From: Lytechinus pictus | Lineage: Eukaryota | Direction of reading: 5' to 3' | DNA length: 64,000 bases | NCBI RefSeq assembly: GCF_037042905.1 | Contig: NC_087251.1 | Span: forward strand, 36,210,001 to 36,274,000 | In this document: positions 41,587 through 52,889 of the stretch, piece after piece | Layout of the letters: each line of letters begins with the position of its first letter | How positions within the stretch are numbered: the first letter of the stretch is position 1 | Position numbers and translations under genes: made by a program | The notes under the pieces: model-generated | Databases searched by the model: none | Seen by the model: only the letters and a program-made list of their open reading frames with translations | Told to the model about the DNA's origin: nothing

Positions 41587-42118
41587 TTAATTTCCAGGGC
41601 TCTTTTGAGCATTACAGGGCAAAATCACCCTGAGCCTCCATGTAATTGTTTCCCTTGAACAGCAACCCCAAAAGTTTTAATCAACATTAAATCGTCAAGG
41701 AAGGTTTCCTGTACATAAATTCCTGTACATAATTCCGTCAAGCGAATTTGACTTTGGGATCTTGCCTTCCATTTGGTACTTAGTCCTATGATTTTTATTC
41801 ATTTTGTGTGAACTGTGAGAAATTTTTGATTGAAAATCAACTTCATGATTATGGTCCCCCATCATACCGTCTTGTTCTGATTGTGATTTTTTGCATGGTC
41901 ATCAGCCAATCCCCCCACCCACTTTCAATTTACAGTTCCGCAGCCCCTGTACGACAATAAAGTGAAATCCCTTCTCACAATCACATGTCTCAACTTCTCA
42001 TTCTCAAAAATCTCAAGTTTGGAAGTTGGGCTGAAAATTTCAGACCATTATCTTTATACCTTATAGTTATACCGCATCTACTGGAAAAATACAGTTGTTC
42101 CTGCAGTCAAGTTTCCAG

Positions 42119-44124
42119 GGGCGGTATTCTGAAAACGTTCTTATCTTAATTTTGTTCTTATCTATGTTACGTCCTCAAATTGGTATTCTGAAAATGTTCT
42201 TATCTTTTTCTTATCTTTTGTTCTTATCTTGCTTTCCATCTTAGGCTGAGCGCGTAAATTTATAACTCGCGCATATAATACAAAAGTGCGCTAAAAAGAT
42301 AAGAATAAAATCAAGATGAGTGGTATTCTGAAAACGTTCTTATCTTTTATCTTTCTTATCTTCTTACGATATTTATGATATTTAAGATAGCTAGAGGGTT
42401 ATCACATCTCATGATGTCCGCGTTCATTCTTGCTAAAAAATCGATGGACACTGGTAGTAACAGGGATATCATTCACCCTTTATTTTGCCCGTCTCTTTTT
42501 CTATCCTTTTTTTTTCTTTCTTTATTTATATATTTATTTTCTATTTTTCTTTTCTATCTGTCTGTCATTCTTCTTTCCTTTCATTCTCCAGTTATATCTT
42601 TTGTTTTCTTTTGAATCTTTTAATTTCTTCTTTATTTTTCTTTTCCTTTGTTTCATTTATTCTTCATGTTTCTTCTTTTTTTTATTTTCCCTTTTCTTTT
42701 TTTCCCTTTTTTTTCTTTACTAAGTATTTGTTTCTGCTTTTTTATTTCCCTTTTTTCTCTTTCTTTCCTTTTCTTTCTTTCAGTCATTCTTTCGTCTTTA
42801 TATATTTTTTTTTTCATTTTTCTTTCTTTCTTCCTTCCCTTAAATTTCAAATGTTTCCCCCTTATTTTTCTTTGTTTCTTTTTTTTATTTATTTTTTTTA
42901 TTTTTTTTTTCGTTCGTTAGTTTGCTCTCATTTTTTTATATTTCTGCTTTCTGACACTTTTATGTCTTATTTACTTTATTTCTTCTTTTTCTTTCTTTCG
43001 CTCATTTTTCCGTTCATTCTTTATTTACTCTCTTCCTTTACTTTCTTTTTTCTCTCTGTCTTTCTTCTATTAATTTATAAAAATCTTTTTCTTTATTCTT
43101 TCCATTAATGTTTTTCGCTTTCTTTTTTTGTTTTGTTTTTTCATTCATTCTTCATTTTTCCTGCCTTTTTTCCCCTTTTTGTTCTTTTTCTTTCTTTCTT
43201 TGATTTACCTTTCTTTCAATTCATCTTTATTTTTGTTTTATTTTCTCTTTCATCTTTTCTCTCTTATCTTTTCCTTTATTTCTCTCTCTCTCTCTTTATT
43301 TCTGTTTCATTTTCCTTTTTTCTCTCTTCTTTCACTTTTACATTTTTTTTATTCCTTCCTTTTCTCTTTCTGTCTTTTTTACATTCTTTCACTCATTTTT
43401 TCTAACTGTTTTCTTTTTTGGGTTCTTTATTCCTTCATTTTATCCTTTTAAATATTTTTATGTTTCTTTCTTTCCTTTTCTTTCTTTATTTTTACCTTCA
43501 TTTTTTATTGCTCACTTTATCATTGATAATCGCTCTCTTTATCCTCCTTTTTATTTTTTTATTCATTCTTTTTTCTTTCCTTTAATTTTTGATTTTCTCT
43601 TAAGTTCTTTTTGATTGCTTTCTTTCGTTTATTCTTTCTTTTATTATTTTCTGCTTTGTTCCTTTCATCTTTTCTTTAAATTTCTTCTTCATTCTGACCA
43701 TTTTCTGTCTCCTTTCTTACCTTCTTACTTTCTTTCTTCCTGTTTTATTCTTTATTCGTACCTGCTTTATTTACTTTTTTCTATACTTTCTTTCTTCATT
43801 TGTGCACGTGTCTCGAAATAATAATCAGTAATTGCGTATGAAATGCATATTTCGTGCAATGCGCCAGAAACAGTGTACGCCCTGCGCCCATGATATTCTC
43901 TTGACACAAGGAACGCTTCTATTGGTTAAACTGCCAATATAAAGCGCATTTTGATTGGTAATATCCTAAAAATGGGCGTGTTGAAGACAAGGAGGCAGTC
44001 CTTACAGAGATAAGAACGCGTTAAGAAGATTTTCAGAATACCGATTTGCAATTATTTTAGCGTCTTCTTATCTCAATGAGATAAAGATAAGAACAAAGAT
44101 AAGAAAGTTTTCAGAATACCACCC
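42119..44124. mobile_element. Harbinger-like non-autonomous element, CAG TSD, with ~1.3-kb internal T/C-rich tract
   Basis: CAG|GGGCGGTATTCTGAAAAC...GTTTTCAGAATACCACCC|CAG; subterminal GGTATTCTGAAAA and TCTTATCT repeats; low-complexity core ~42490-43800. Confidence 0.8.
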
Positions 44125-44127
44125 CAG

Positions 44128-44584
44128 GCAGTAGAGCCTAGAGGCGCACGGCCAATATGGGAGACTCTCTCCAATATGGGAGACAATCTCTCATATTGGA
44201 GACTTGCTTTGCAAAAGATAAAAAGAAACACCAACAAAAGCAGATTTTTTTCCACCCAAAATTTTGCCTCACTGAGGTCAGAAGCCCATTTCTTTTGTGT
44301 GTGGATGACAACAAAAATTCTTATCAAAACAAAAGTAGACGGTGAATTGACAAAGTAGACTGTGAAAAGGGGTAATTTTTCATGAGGAATCTGCTCATCA
44401 TATTTTTATTTGCCGCCAAGCTAATCCTTTTGCAGCAAATGTAAACAAAGGAAATTGGTCTCCCAAACTGGAGACTGTCTCTGAAATTGGACACCAAAAT
44501 TCTTTACAAAAGTCTCTGATATTGGAAATAATCTCTCTCAGACATGGGAGACAGTCTCCCATATTGGCCGTGCGCCTCTACTGC
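44128..44584. mobile_element. MITE with ~30-bp TIRs, flanked by CAG (or CCAGG)
   Basis: GCAGTAGAG(CCTAGAG)GCGCACGGCCAATATGGGAGACT...AGTCTCCCATATTGGCCGTGCGCCTCTACTGC; CCAGG on both sides. Confidence 0.8.
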
Positions 44585-45134
44585 CAGGTCTATCTTGTTG
44601 TCTTCCTCCTAGCTTGGAGAAATTTGAAATCTTCATAGAGTGATAAACCTCTCTGTATATATTGTAGGTTTCTATTCAAATTTGTTAAGTTAATTGATCA
44701 AAAGGGCTCAACTTGTTGTACAGAGACTTGAAATAATATTAATAGCTTCTTTTTTTATCCATGTTTATATTATAGTAGGATGGGGGGTCGGGTGTCCGGA
44801 CACTTTATATTTTTGAACTTGAAGCCTTCTTTTTTGTCTTTGGATTACACTAAACATACGAAATCAATAGTTGTAATCATCTTCTATTTGGTTCTTGGCA
44901 TTATCGTGCTTTCTGACTCCGGAGACAAAAAAGATCTGGGGTTCAAAATTTCTAATAACAACCGCTTAGTCTCGATACCGCACAGGGTATAGGTTAAAAA
45001 AAAACAATAGCTACTATATAGACTGTGTTGCGCAATCGCATATCGCGAACCGACCAAACAATGCCCCCCTCTCTCTCTCTCCCTCTTCTCTTCGCTTTCA
45101 AGTTTCATACTAAATAAATTACAAATTGTAAAAC

Positions 45135-45340
45135 AATTTCAACAAGCTTATTATTTATCTTCCTTTTTTACTCCAGCGCGTGTTATTAAGTAGACAAAAC
45201 CAATAGACGGAGCCAAAAAGAACGATAAAATTATAGAATCTTAGTTTTATCGTTCTTTTTGGCTCCGTCTATGGGTTTTGTCGACGTAATAACACGCGCT
45301 GGAGTAAAAAAGGAAGATAAATAATAAGCTTGTTGAAATT
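45135..45340. repeat. Near-perfect ~206-bp palindrome (left subterminal hairpin of the Merlin element)
   Basis: ~96-bp arms AATTTCAACAAGCTT...GATAAAA / TTTTATC...AAGCTTGTTGAAATT with 3 mismatches counted by eye. Confidence 0.93.
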
Positions 45341-45344
45341 ATAT

Positions 45345-45945
45345 TGGATAAATAGCTAACTGTCTAAAAGTGGCGCAGTGGTTTTGAAGAGAAAGGAAAA
45401 GAGGGGTTGATGGAATATACAGGTGTATTTCCGTAAAAAAAGTGGAGTCAAAAAGGAGGATAAAGATAAAGACAGTTTGAATTGATTTATTTAGTGGATA
45501 GCCTACTGTCTAAAAGTGGCAGAGTGGTTTTGAAGAGAAGGGAAAAGAGGGGTTGATGGAATATATACAGGTTAATTACCGTGCGTATCGTTAAAAAAGT
45601 TGAGTAAAAAAGGAGGATAAAGATAAAGACAGTTTGAATTAATCTATTTAGTGGATAGCCTCCTGTCTAAAAGTGGCAGAGTGGTTTTGAAGAGAAGGGA
45701 AAAGAGGGGTTGATGGAATATACAGGTTAATTACCGTGTGTATTTCCGTTAAAAAAGTGGAGTAAAAAAGAACGATAAATATATAGACAGTTTGAATTGA
45801 TTTATTTAGTGGATATAGCCTAAAGCTATAAAGTGGCAGAGTGGTTTTGAAGAAAATAGAAAAAAGGATTGATGGAATGTACAGGTTAATTACCGTGCGT
45901 AAATTCGTTGAAAAGTGGAGTAAAAAAGAACGATAAATATATATT
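45345..45945 (+). repeat. Left subterminal tandem array, ~4 units of ~146-161 bp
   Basis: AAAGTGGC..AGTGGTTTTGAAGA units start near 45362, 45508, 45665 and 45826. Confidence 0.9.
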
Positions 45946-47250
45946 GATATATTCAGTGAATGTAGAATAAAGGAAGAGTAAAAAAATATTCAGAATCAAC
46001 GTCAGGCCTATTCTGACTAAATAAACAATAGACTTAAACAATTTGCGTATAGGAATATGCCGCAAAAAAAATGTCAAGTCATTCATGTAGATGACAAAAT
46101 AAATACAGATATCGCAAAATGAACATGTCGGGAAATATAGTAAAGGTCTACTTCTGACTCAATAAATGGCTCGAGTTTGTGCTCCTGACGTCATAATAGA
46201 GCCAGTCACTACTCCCATGAAGCTATTTTATTCCCCTAAAAATGACATCTACATGATATCGTATGTTACATGTGTGCAGGTATGCCTAATTCAATGGAGA
46301 TGTAAATTTCTAGGCCCGTTACAATGATTGACGGAATAAATTACAGTTTTTATCGATCGAGATGCGCGTGTCGCGTGCCATGCTTGTGAATTTCAAGCAT
46401 AATGATTGACAAAATGCTGCTAATTATTTCATGGCACGTGCATCTCACTCTCGTAGTGTTTGCCCACGTGGTTTGGAGAGGATGTTTTGGATACATGGCG
46501 AAAATGTGTTGGCCTCGTGAAAGACCCCCCCCCCCCCCTATTTAAGATCTAAAAATTAAATCAAATATCTTATCGCTTTTTCTATACAGTATTGAATCAC
46601 AGGCATTGGGAGTTCACTTTGCAATACTTATAATGATTTAAAATTGGATATGTTATATATTCAAACTCACATGACTTGTATTCAACATAAAATCGTATTA
46701 TGATGGAGAACTAAATAAATAGCTAATCGTGAATATACCTATGTTGTAGTATGAATATATAAGGTAAACTGATTCTTTGATGAAAAGTGAGTAAATGCAG
46801 ATTTGAACAAGTTGTGTGTTGGATATGGGAACATCTTGCGGGGGGGGGGGGTCAGTTGCCGCCAAAATTAGCTGGAAGCAAGAACATCGCACAGGTGCAT
46901 TTCTGCAGGAATATTTCATTCATGAAAAATTATGTATATTACATCACTGGGTCGGGGAAGTGTGTGTGCCTCGTTCATTTTCAGTTACACACTGTTTGTG
47001 GGAAATGAATAAGCTGTGTGATTGGTCTATTCTGCGCATGATTAGAAGATGGAAAATACTGCACATTGATTCGTCCATTACGCGCAAGCGCATATTCAGT
47101 AACTCCATTTGACCAATGAAAAGCTGTAATATTGTGACGACATTAAACTGATTCACTAAGCTCATGATTATTCATAAGAATCTCGATAACCTATCTTGAG
47201 CGTGGCTCATCCGTAGCTATTATCTTTCTGATTCTTTCAACTGCCAAAAA

Positions 47251-47595
47251 ATGTCATCCAGGAATCGACAAATATATATACTTTGGAGAGATATTCAGGA
47301 TATCATCGGAGAGGCAAATTTATGGCCGAGAAGAATTAGAAGATATTTTTGGACTAAGAATCTAAGACATTGGGAAAGGTGTTTAGTTTCAGCTTTCGTT
47401 TTTGTTAACGGCCTGAATCCCATAGTATTCATAGAATGGGCTAACCTGTATGGATTATGCCGAGATAGAGCAGCTATTTCGCATTTTGAAGCTCTGTTTC
47501 GCCTATACGAAGGAGGAAGGAACTATCGGATATATGCATGGAATATCTCGACAAAGCGGTATGAATACCTAAATGGTCAACCTAAATACTACTAA
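47251..47595 (+). CDS. Merlin accessory ORF, 114 aa, putative primase large-subunit C-terminal (PriL-CTD/PriX)-like helical protein
   Basis: ATG in AAAAATG context, globular composition, lies inside the TIRs. Motif WP-x-LRHxxRx5Fx4GL resembles PRIM2 FPPC...LRHGGRMQYGLFLKGIGL (by eye). Confidence 0.65.
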   Translation: MSSRNRQIYILWRDIQDIIGEANLWPRRIRRYFWTKNLRHWERCLVSAFVFVNGLNPIVFIEWANLYGLCRDRAAISHFEALFRLYEGGRNYRIYAWNISTKRYEYLNGQPKYY

Positions 47596-47789
47596 ATAAA
47601 GGTAAGTTTTATTCTGCAAATCTATTTCATGCATTCATATGAATATTCATTTATAAGCCCCATTTATTTTTTTTGGTATAGGTAGGCGTTGTCAAATTAT
47701 GTAGATCTTTGCCTGAATTAGTGATACTGATTACAGCTCCCGCCAATTTGAGTCACTCCACACTAAGTCATCGATGAAGAAGCATCAAC

Positions 47790-49259
47790 ATGTCTTGGTC
47801 AAAGCGAGAGCGAGATCCATCCAACATCGGATTGCCTCATTTACGCAACCCGTTTTCCTTTCATCTGCTTTTAGCCCAGAGTGATGACGTCTTGTATAAA
47901 TGGCTAGAGGACAATCGTTTTATTGCATTGCAGATATTTTGCGAAGTTTGCAAGAGGCCTTGCAAGGCAATTAAGAAAGTTGGAAGGAAAGGAGGCAGAA
48001 TCTGGAGGTGCCGAGGAACTGTGAGATGGCCTCACGAGAAGAGTTATTCGGGCCACTCGTTTTCACTTTTTGAGGGAACTCATTTTGATGTCCGGGAGAT
48101 ACTCATCTTTTTGAGAGAGTGGATCTTAGGGTCTACGCTTCACCGCTGTGCTGTTGATTCCGGGATGGATTACAAGAACTCCGCCGTGGACTGGGCGAAC
48201 TTTTTGCGTGATCATTGTCGTAAATTCGTCCATGACTTGTATTACGAGTCGGGGGAAAAGCTTCGAGGAGAAGTCGAGATTGATGAGAGTCTGTTTGGGA
48301 GGAGGACCAAGTACCACAGGGGAGATCCTCGCGGACTCAAGATATGGATCTTTGGGATGGTTGAAAGATCTACCAACAGGATTGTACTCTACCCCGTTGA
48401 GAGAATAAATGAGAACACTCTGCTGCCATTGATCGAAAGACATGTGGAAAAGGGGTCGACTATCTATTCGGATGGATGGCGTGCCTATTACAGGCTGAAC
48501 GAGATTGGATATCGCCATTTCACTGTTGAGCACTCCGACACATTTGTGCAGAAGTATCGAGACACGACAACGGGAGAGGCAACCACCGTTCATACCAACA
48601 CGATAGAAGGTGCCTGGAAGATTGGAAAAGATCACTTCAGGAGAATGAATGGGTGCAAAGCATCGACATTCGAATCTCATCTCTGTGAAGTAATATGGAG
48701 AAATAGGAATGCGGCAAGCAAACGCCCACTGATCCCTGCGTTCATGGATTTGATCAGGGATCACTATCATCTCAGAGGAAAGCCCAATCTATGCATGAAA
48801 GTTCCTTTCTTCGACACATGGCACGCAGACAAGAAAGACAAGCTAATGAGAGAGGAATTAACAGGCGACGCCCCTGTCAGGATAGATTCTCCTCCAGGAG
48901 CATCGCCCCCGTTGTCACCCAGAGACGTCCCCGGAATGTCAGGCATCCGTCCACAAGCTGCATCATCCGTGCCTTCGTCACCCTCGATTCCCACCGTCAA
49001 GCGCGTCCTCTCCTCGCCGAGTTCTAGCATCGCCAGTCCGTTCCGTGCAACATCGCCATCTTACGGCCAAAGCAAGAAAGGCAAGGGGAAGAAGAAGCGT
49101 AAGAGTGACACGGTTACTGGCACACTGCATCATCCTCCCGGCTTTGTACCCATCGGCAAGAAAGGGAAAGCAAAACTTCAGAAGGACAAGAGTGTCAATG
49201 TGTATGAAAGGCAAAACTTCGTCGCAGATTGGGGATCGGACGACGATGATTTCCAGTAA
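47790..49259 (+). CDS. Merlin/IS1595-family (ISXO2-like) DDE transposase, 489 aa
   Basis: N-terminal Zn ribbon CEVC...WRC...H; catalytic motifs VEIDESLF, IYSDGWRAY, HFTVEHS..FV, VHTNTIEGAW; S/P-rich tail with NLS-like KKGKGKKKRK. Confidence 0.95.
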   Translation: MSWSKRERDPSNIGLPHLRNPFSFHLLLAQSDDVLYKWLEDNRFIALQIFCEVCKRPCKAIKKVGRKGGRIWRCRGTVRWPHEKSYSGHSFSLFEGTHFDVREILIFLREWILGSTLHRCAVDSGMDYKNSAVDWANFLRDHCRKFVHDLYYESGEKLRGEVEIDESLFGRRTKYHRGDPRGLKIWIFGMVERSTNRIVLYPVERINENTLLPLIERHVEKGSTIYSDGWRAYYRLNEIGYRHFTVEHSDTFVQKYRDTTTGEATTVHTNTIEGAWKIGKDHFRRMNGCKASTFESHLCEVIWRNRNAASKRPLIPAFMDLIRDHYHLRGKPNLCMKVPFFDTWHADKKDKLMREELTGDAPVRIDSPPGASPPLSPRDVPGMSGIRPQAASSVPSSPSIPTVKRVLSSPSSSIASPFRATSPSYGQSKKGKGKKKRKSDTVTGTLHHPPGFVPIGKKGKAKLQKDKSVNVYERQNFVADWGSDDDDFQ

Positions 49260-50454
49260 ATGAGTTCCAGAAAAAAAACAGTGTTCGTGTTTTTTCAACA
49301 GTTAAACAGAGTTTTAATTCAGACTGGTTTTTTTTACAACTTTCTAGTTACAGGCCTATTTTTGTGGCAATTGGAGTTTGGAAACTTTGTATTTTTGACT
49401 TTGAAGAAATGAATTGTTGGATTTTACTGCTCTCATGATCATATGGATATAAGATTTGGATCTAATTCGCATTTTGGTAAGTGACCATCGTTATAGTTAC
49501 CGTCAATGATGTAGATTAATAAAGTACATTATATATGTTTTTTAAAGATGATAAAAAAGATGTATGCTAATACTTGGTTATATTAGCTTGTGAAAGGGAC
49601 CTGTGCATTTTGTAAATATTTTTATATCATTTTATTCATGAAAAGTGTCATTTTAAATTAAAGTCCAGCTTTTTTTATCTATATCACAGTTCAATTTATT
49701 TAGTGAAATAATTAACCAATGAGACAATCGTCATATCACTATATCTGAATTAATCAATTTTGTAAAACTTTTCTTTTCCAGGATCTCTTTTGGCAACGCC
49801 CCGGTTAATGATATGCTCTACATTCTTCCCCTCAACTTCAGAAAAGCTAATCATCCGGAATATCATTTCCAGGTAAGTTAGAAAACGAAACTCCTTACAT
49901 TGATTTAGTCAGTGACTCTCACGCTCTCTTTTCAATGAGTTTCAATTAGATTACTAGTAAAACAAATATGATCGAGGCCTTGATGATTGTTTTATTTTGT
50001 CAGCAAAATTAAAATGTAATTCTCGATTCCTACGAGTAGTGAAATCTGTTTAATAAAATTCATTTAGTTATAATTTGACAAACATTATATCATTTTAAAT
50101 AAAGTGATTTTTTTTTTTTATAGATTTAGGCCTGTAAACACCTAAAAGACCCTACCCTTTTTCTACAATTTATTTAGTTTGTCAATCTGCAGTATGTTGT
50201 CAGTTAAAGGAAAACGTTATTGTTTTGCGTATAGCTATGGGCGAACTACTAAAATGATATTACATTTTATTTTTTATAGATATTTTCCTCCGCCGGTTTG
50301 CAGGACCCTTGCTGACCTCGGCCGACAGCGAACAACGTGATCCCCTAACCGCCGAAACCTTCCACGAGCTCTGCCGTTCACCTCCGCTGACAACATACCG
50401 AGGAACCGGGCCAAGGAAGAAAGGTTAGAATGTTGTCCTCCTTTTTAAGTAGAT

Positions 50455-51555
50455 AATTTCAAACTGTCTATATATTTATCATTCTTTTTTACTCCACTTT
50501 TCCAACGAAATTACGCACGGTAATTAACCTGTATATATTCTATCAACCCTCTTTTCCCTTCTCTTCAAAACCACTCTGCCACTTTTAGACAGTAGGCTAT
50601 CCACTAAATAGATTAATTCAAACTGTCTATCTTTATCCTCCTTTTTTACTCCACTTTTTTTAACGATATGCACGGTAATTAACCTGTATATATTCCATCA
50701 ACCCCTCTTTTCCCTTCTCTTCAAAACCACTCTGCCACTTTTAGACAGTAGGCTATCCACTAAATAGATTAATTCAAACCGTCTATATCTTTATCCTCCT
50801 TTTTTACTCCACTTTTTTAACGATACGCACGGTAATTAACCTGTATATATTCCATCAACCCGTCTTTTCCCTTCTCTTCAAAACCACTCTGCCACTTTTA
50901 GACAGTAGGCTATCCACTAAATAGATTAATTCAAACCATCTATATCTTTATCCTCTTTTTTTACTCCACTTTTTTAACGATACGCACGGTAATTAACCTG
51001 TATATATTCCATCAACCCCTCTTTTCCCTTCTCTTCAAAACCACTCTGCCACTTTTAGACAGTAGGCTATCCACTAAATAGATTAATTCAAACCGTCAAT
51101 TTCTTTATCCTCCTTTTTTACTCCACTTTTTTAACGATACGCACGGTTATTAACCTGTATATATTCCATCAACCCCTCTTTTCCCTTCTCTTCAAAACCA
51201 CTCTGCCACTTTTAGACAGTAGGCTATCCACTAAATAGATTAATTCAAACCGTCTATATCTTTATCCTCCTTTTTGACTCCACTATTTTAACGAAAATAC
51301 GCACGGTAATTAACCTGTATATTCCATCAACCCCTCTTTTCCCTTCTCTTCAAAACCACTCTGCCACTTTTAGACAGTAGGCTATCCACTAAATAGATTA
51401 ATTCAAACCGTCTATATCTTTATCCTCCTTTTTTACTCCACTTTTTAACGATACGCACAGTAATTATAATTAACCTGCATATATTCCATCAACCCCTCTT
51501 TTCCCTTCTCTTCAAAACCACTTTTAGTAATTTAGACAGTTAGCTATCCATCCAA
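50455..51555 (-). repeat. Right subterminal tandem array, ~7 units of ~157 bp, inverted relative to the left array
   Basis: CCACTTTTAG-type motif recurs near 50578, 50734, 50891, 51048, 51205, 51363 and 51520; reverse complement of the left units. Confidence 0.93.
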
Positions 51556-51577
51556 TATAATTTCAACAAGCTTATTA

Positions 51578-51749
51578 TTTATCTTCCTTTTTGACTCCAG
51601 CGCGTGTTATTACGTCGACAAAACCCATAGACGGAGCCAAAAAGAACGATAAGATTAAGATTCTAGGTTTTATCCTCCTTTTTGGCTCCGTCAATGGGTT
51701 TTGGCAACGCGATAACAGTACACGCGCTGGAGTCAAAAAGGAAGATAAA
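51578..51749. repeat. Right subterminal hairpin of the Merlin element
   Basis: TTTATCTTCCTTTTTGACTCCAGCGCGTGT...ACACGCGCTGGAGTCAAAAAGGAAGATAAA; inverted copy of the left hairpin. Confidence 0.9.
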
Positions 51750-52755
51750 GTAGCCTAACTAATAGTAGGCCCTACGCTGAAAATTATTGTGTGTGACTGT
51801 GTATGATTATCATATCATCTAGGATGATCCATTATGATTTGGGGATGTGATGATGCGATAGTTATCATGCAACGTCGTGTCAACGGAGAAATTGTCCCAC
51901 GTGCGAGAGTCTTGTCCATGAGAGAGCTCGCATTGAACGAAATAAATCTAGGCCTATTGAAAATCAACGAGGCGTAGTCGTGCTCAGCCTCAGTGAAATT
52001 CAGGTACTGTATACTTTATGGCTCCGGAGTCAGCATTCACGATATGGCCTGGTTCTTTATTTCCTGAAATTTGGTACTAAAAATTGATAAAACTTCCCTT
52101 GTAAATTTTTCCAAATGATTTTCTAAAATTGATCGTCCGGACACACAACCTGTCCGGACACACAACAACTGGGTACCGGTATACACGTCAAAGCACACAT
52201 GCACAGCCATTTTGAATACCGCGCCACGCCGCCACGCCCACGGCCCGGTCGCGGACGTCCTAGGCTAGTCCTATCATCATGTGTATCGTAACTAAATCTA
52301 AAACACGATTTTTTTGGTCCTTTTTTTAACTTTGGTTACCACCACACAGAATCAACTTTACTACTTGCAAAATGACATACCTAAAAATGTATCTTTCTAC
52401 CTGGTTTATGGTCTCTTGTCTTAAAAATTGTTGACAAATCGGCCTTGCTGAATTTTGAAAATGCGCAGCACGACTATTCAGAAATTTTGAGTTAACCTTA
52501 ATTTTTTAGGTTAGATTTAGCTCCAGGCTAGCGCTAGGCCACAGGAGTTGAATATTTTAAATCCCATTTGATTCGAAACTCTACAAAAACCGTAGGATTT
52601 ATAATATAACGTCTATTTTTCTCAAGTCCAAGATCAAACATAAAATGATTATCCGAATTTTTAACCATTTAAATAGGAGATGTTGAAAACAAAAACACTT
52701 AAATCTTTTCAAAAGACTACATTCCTGGTACAGGTAGTTGTAGAGAACTCGAATC

Positions 52756-52889
52756 ATGGACGCCGCGGTTTGTCTCCAAGATTTTGAAGATTTTGCTACC
52801 AAATACCTCCCAAAGAATGCTCTTGATTATTATAGGAGTGGTGCAAATTCCGAACAAACATTGAAAGATAATCGAAGCGCATTTGAAAG
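52756..52889 (+). CDS. HAO1: HAO1 exon 1
   Basis: MDAAVCLQDFEDFATKYLPKNALDYYRSGANSEQTLKDNRSAFE, translated by hand; donor AG|GTAAT. Confidence 0.92.

Larger units (their letters stand above)
44897..52049 (+). mobile_element. Complete Merlin (IS1016/IS1595-like) DNA transposon, 7153 bp
   Basis: 8-bp TSD TGGTTCTT at 44889-44896 and 52050-52057. 28-bp TIRs start with GG (GGCATTATCGTGCTTTCTGACTCCGGAG vs reverse complement GGCCATATCGTGAATGCTGACTCCGGAG, 23/28). Intact transposase inside. Confidence 0.92.

Noticed and set aside
42375..43821. Phe/Leu/Ser-rich membrane-protein-like ORFs (also 55393-55857)
   Set aside because: Translation of T/C-rich low-complexity DNA.
48126..49298. Overlapping and antisense ORFs within the transposase
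   Set aside because: Shadow frames of a GC-richer coding region with no recognisable motifs.
45135..51749. Endogenous parvovirus or densovirus suggested by the hairpins
   Set aside because: No HUH/SF3 Rep or capsid ORF; the hairpins lie inside DDE-transposon TIRs with a TSD.
44786..52168. Outer GTGTCCGGAC-type inverted motifs as the true transposon ends
   Set aside because: Short, no TSD found; the inner TIRs with an exact 8-bp TSD define the element. They could be remnants of an older host MITE.
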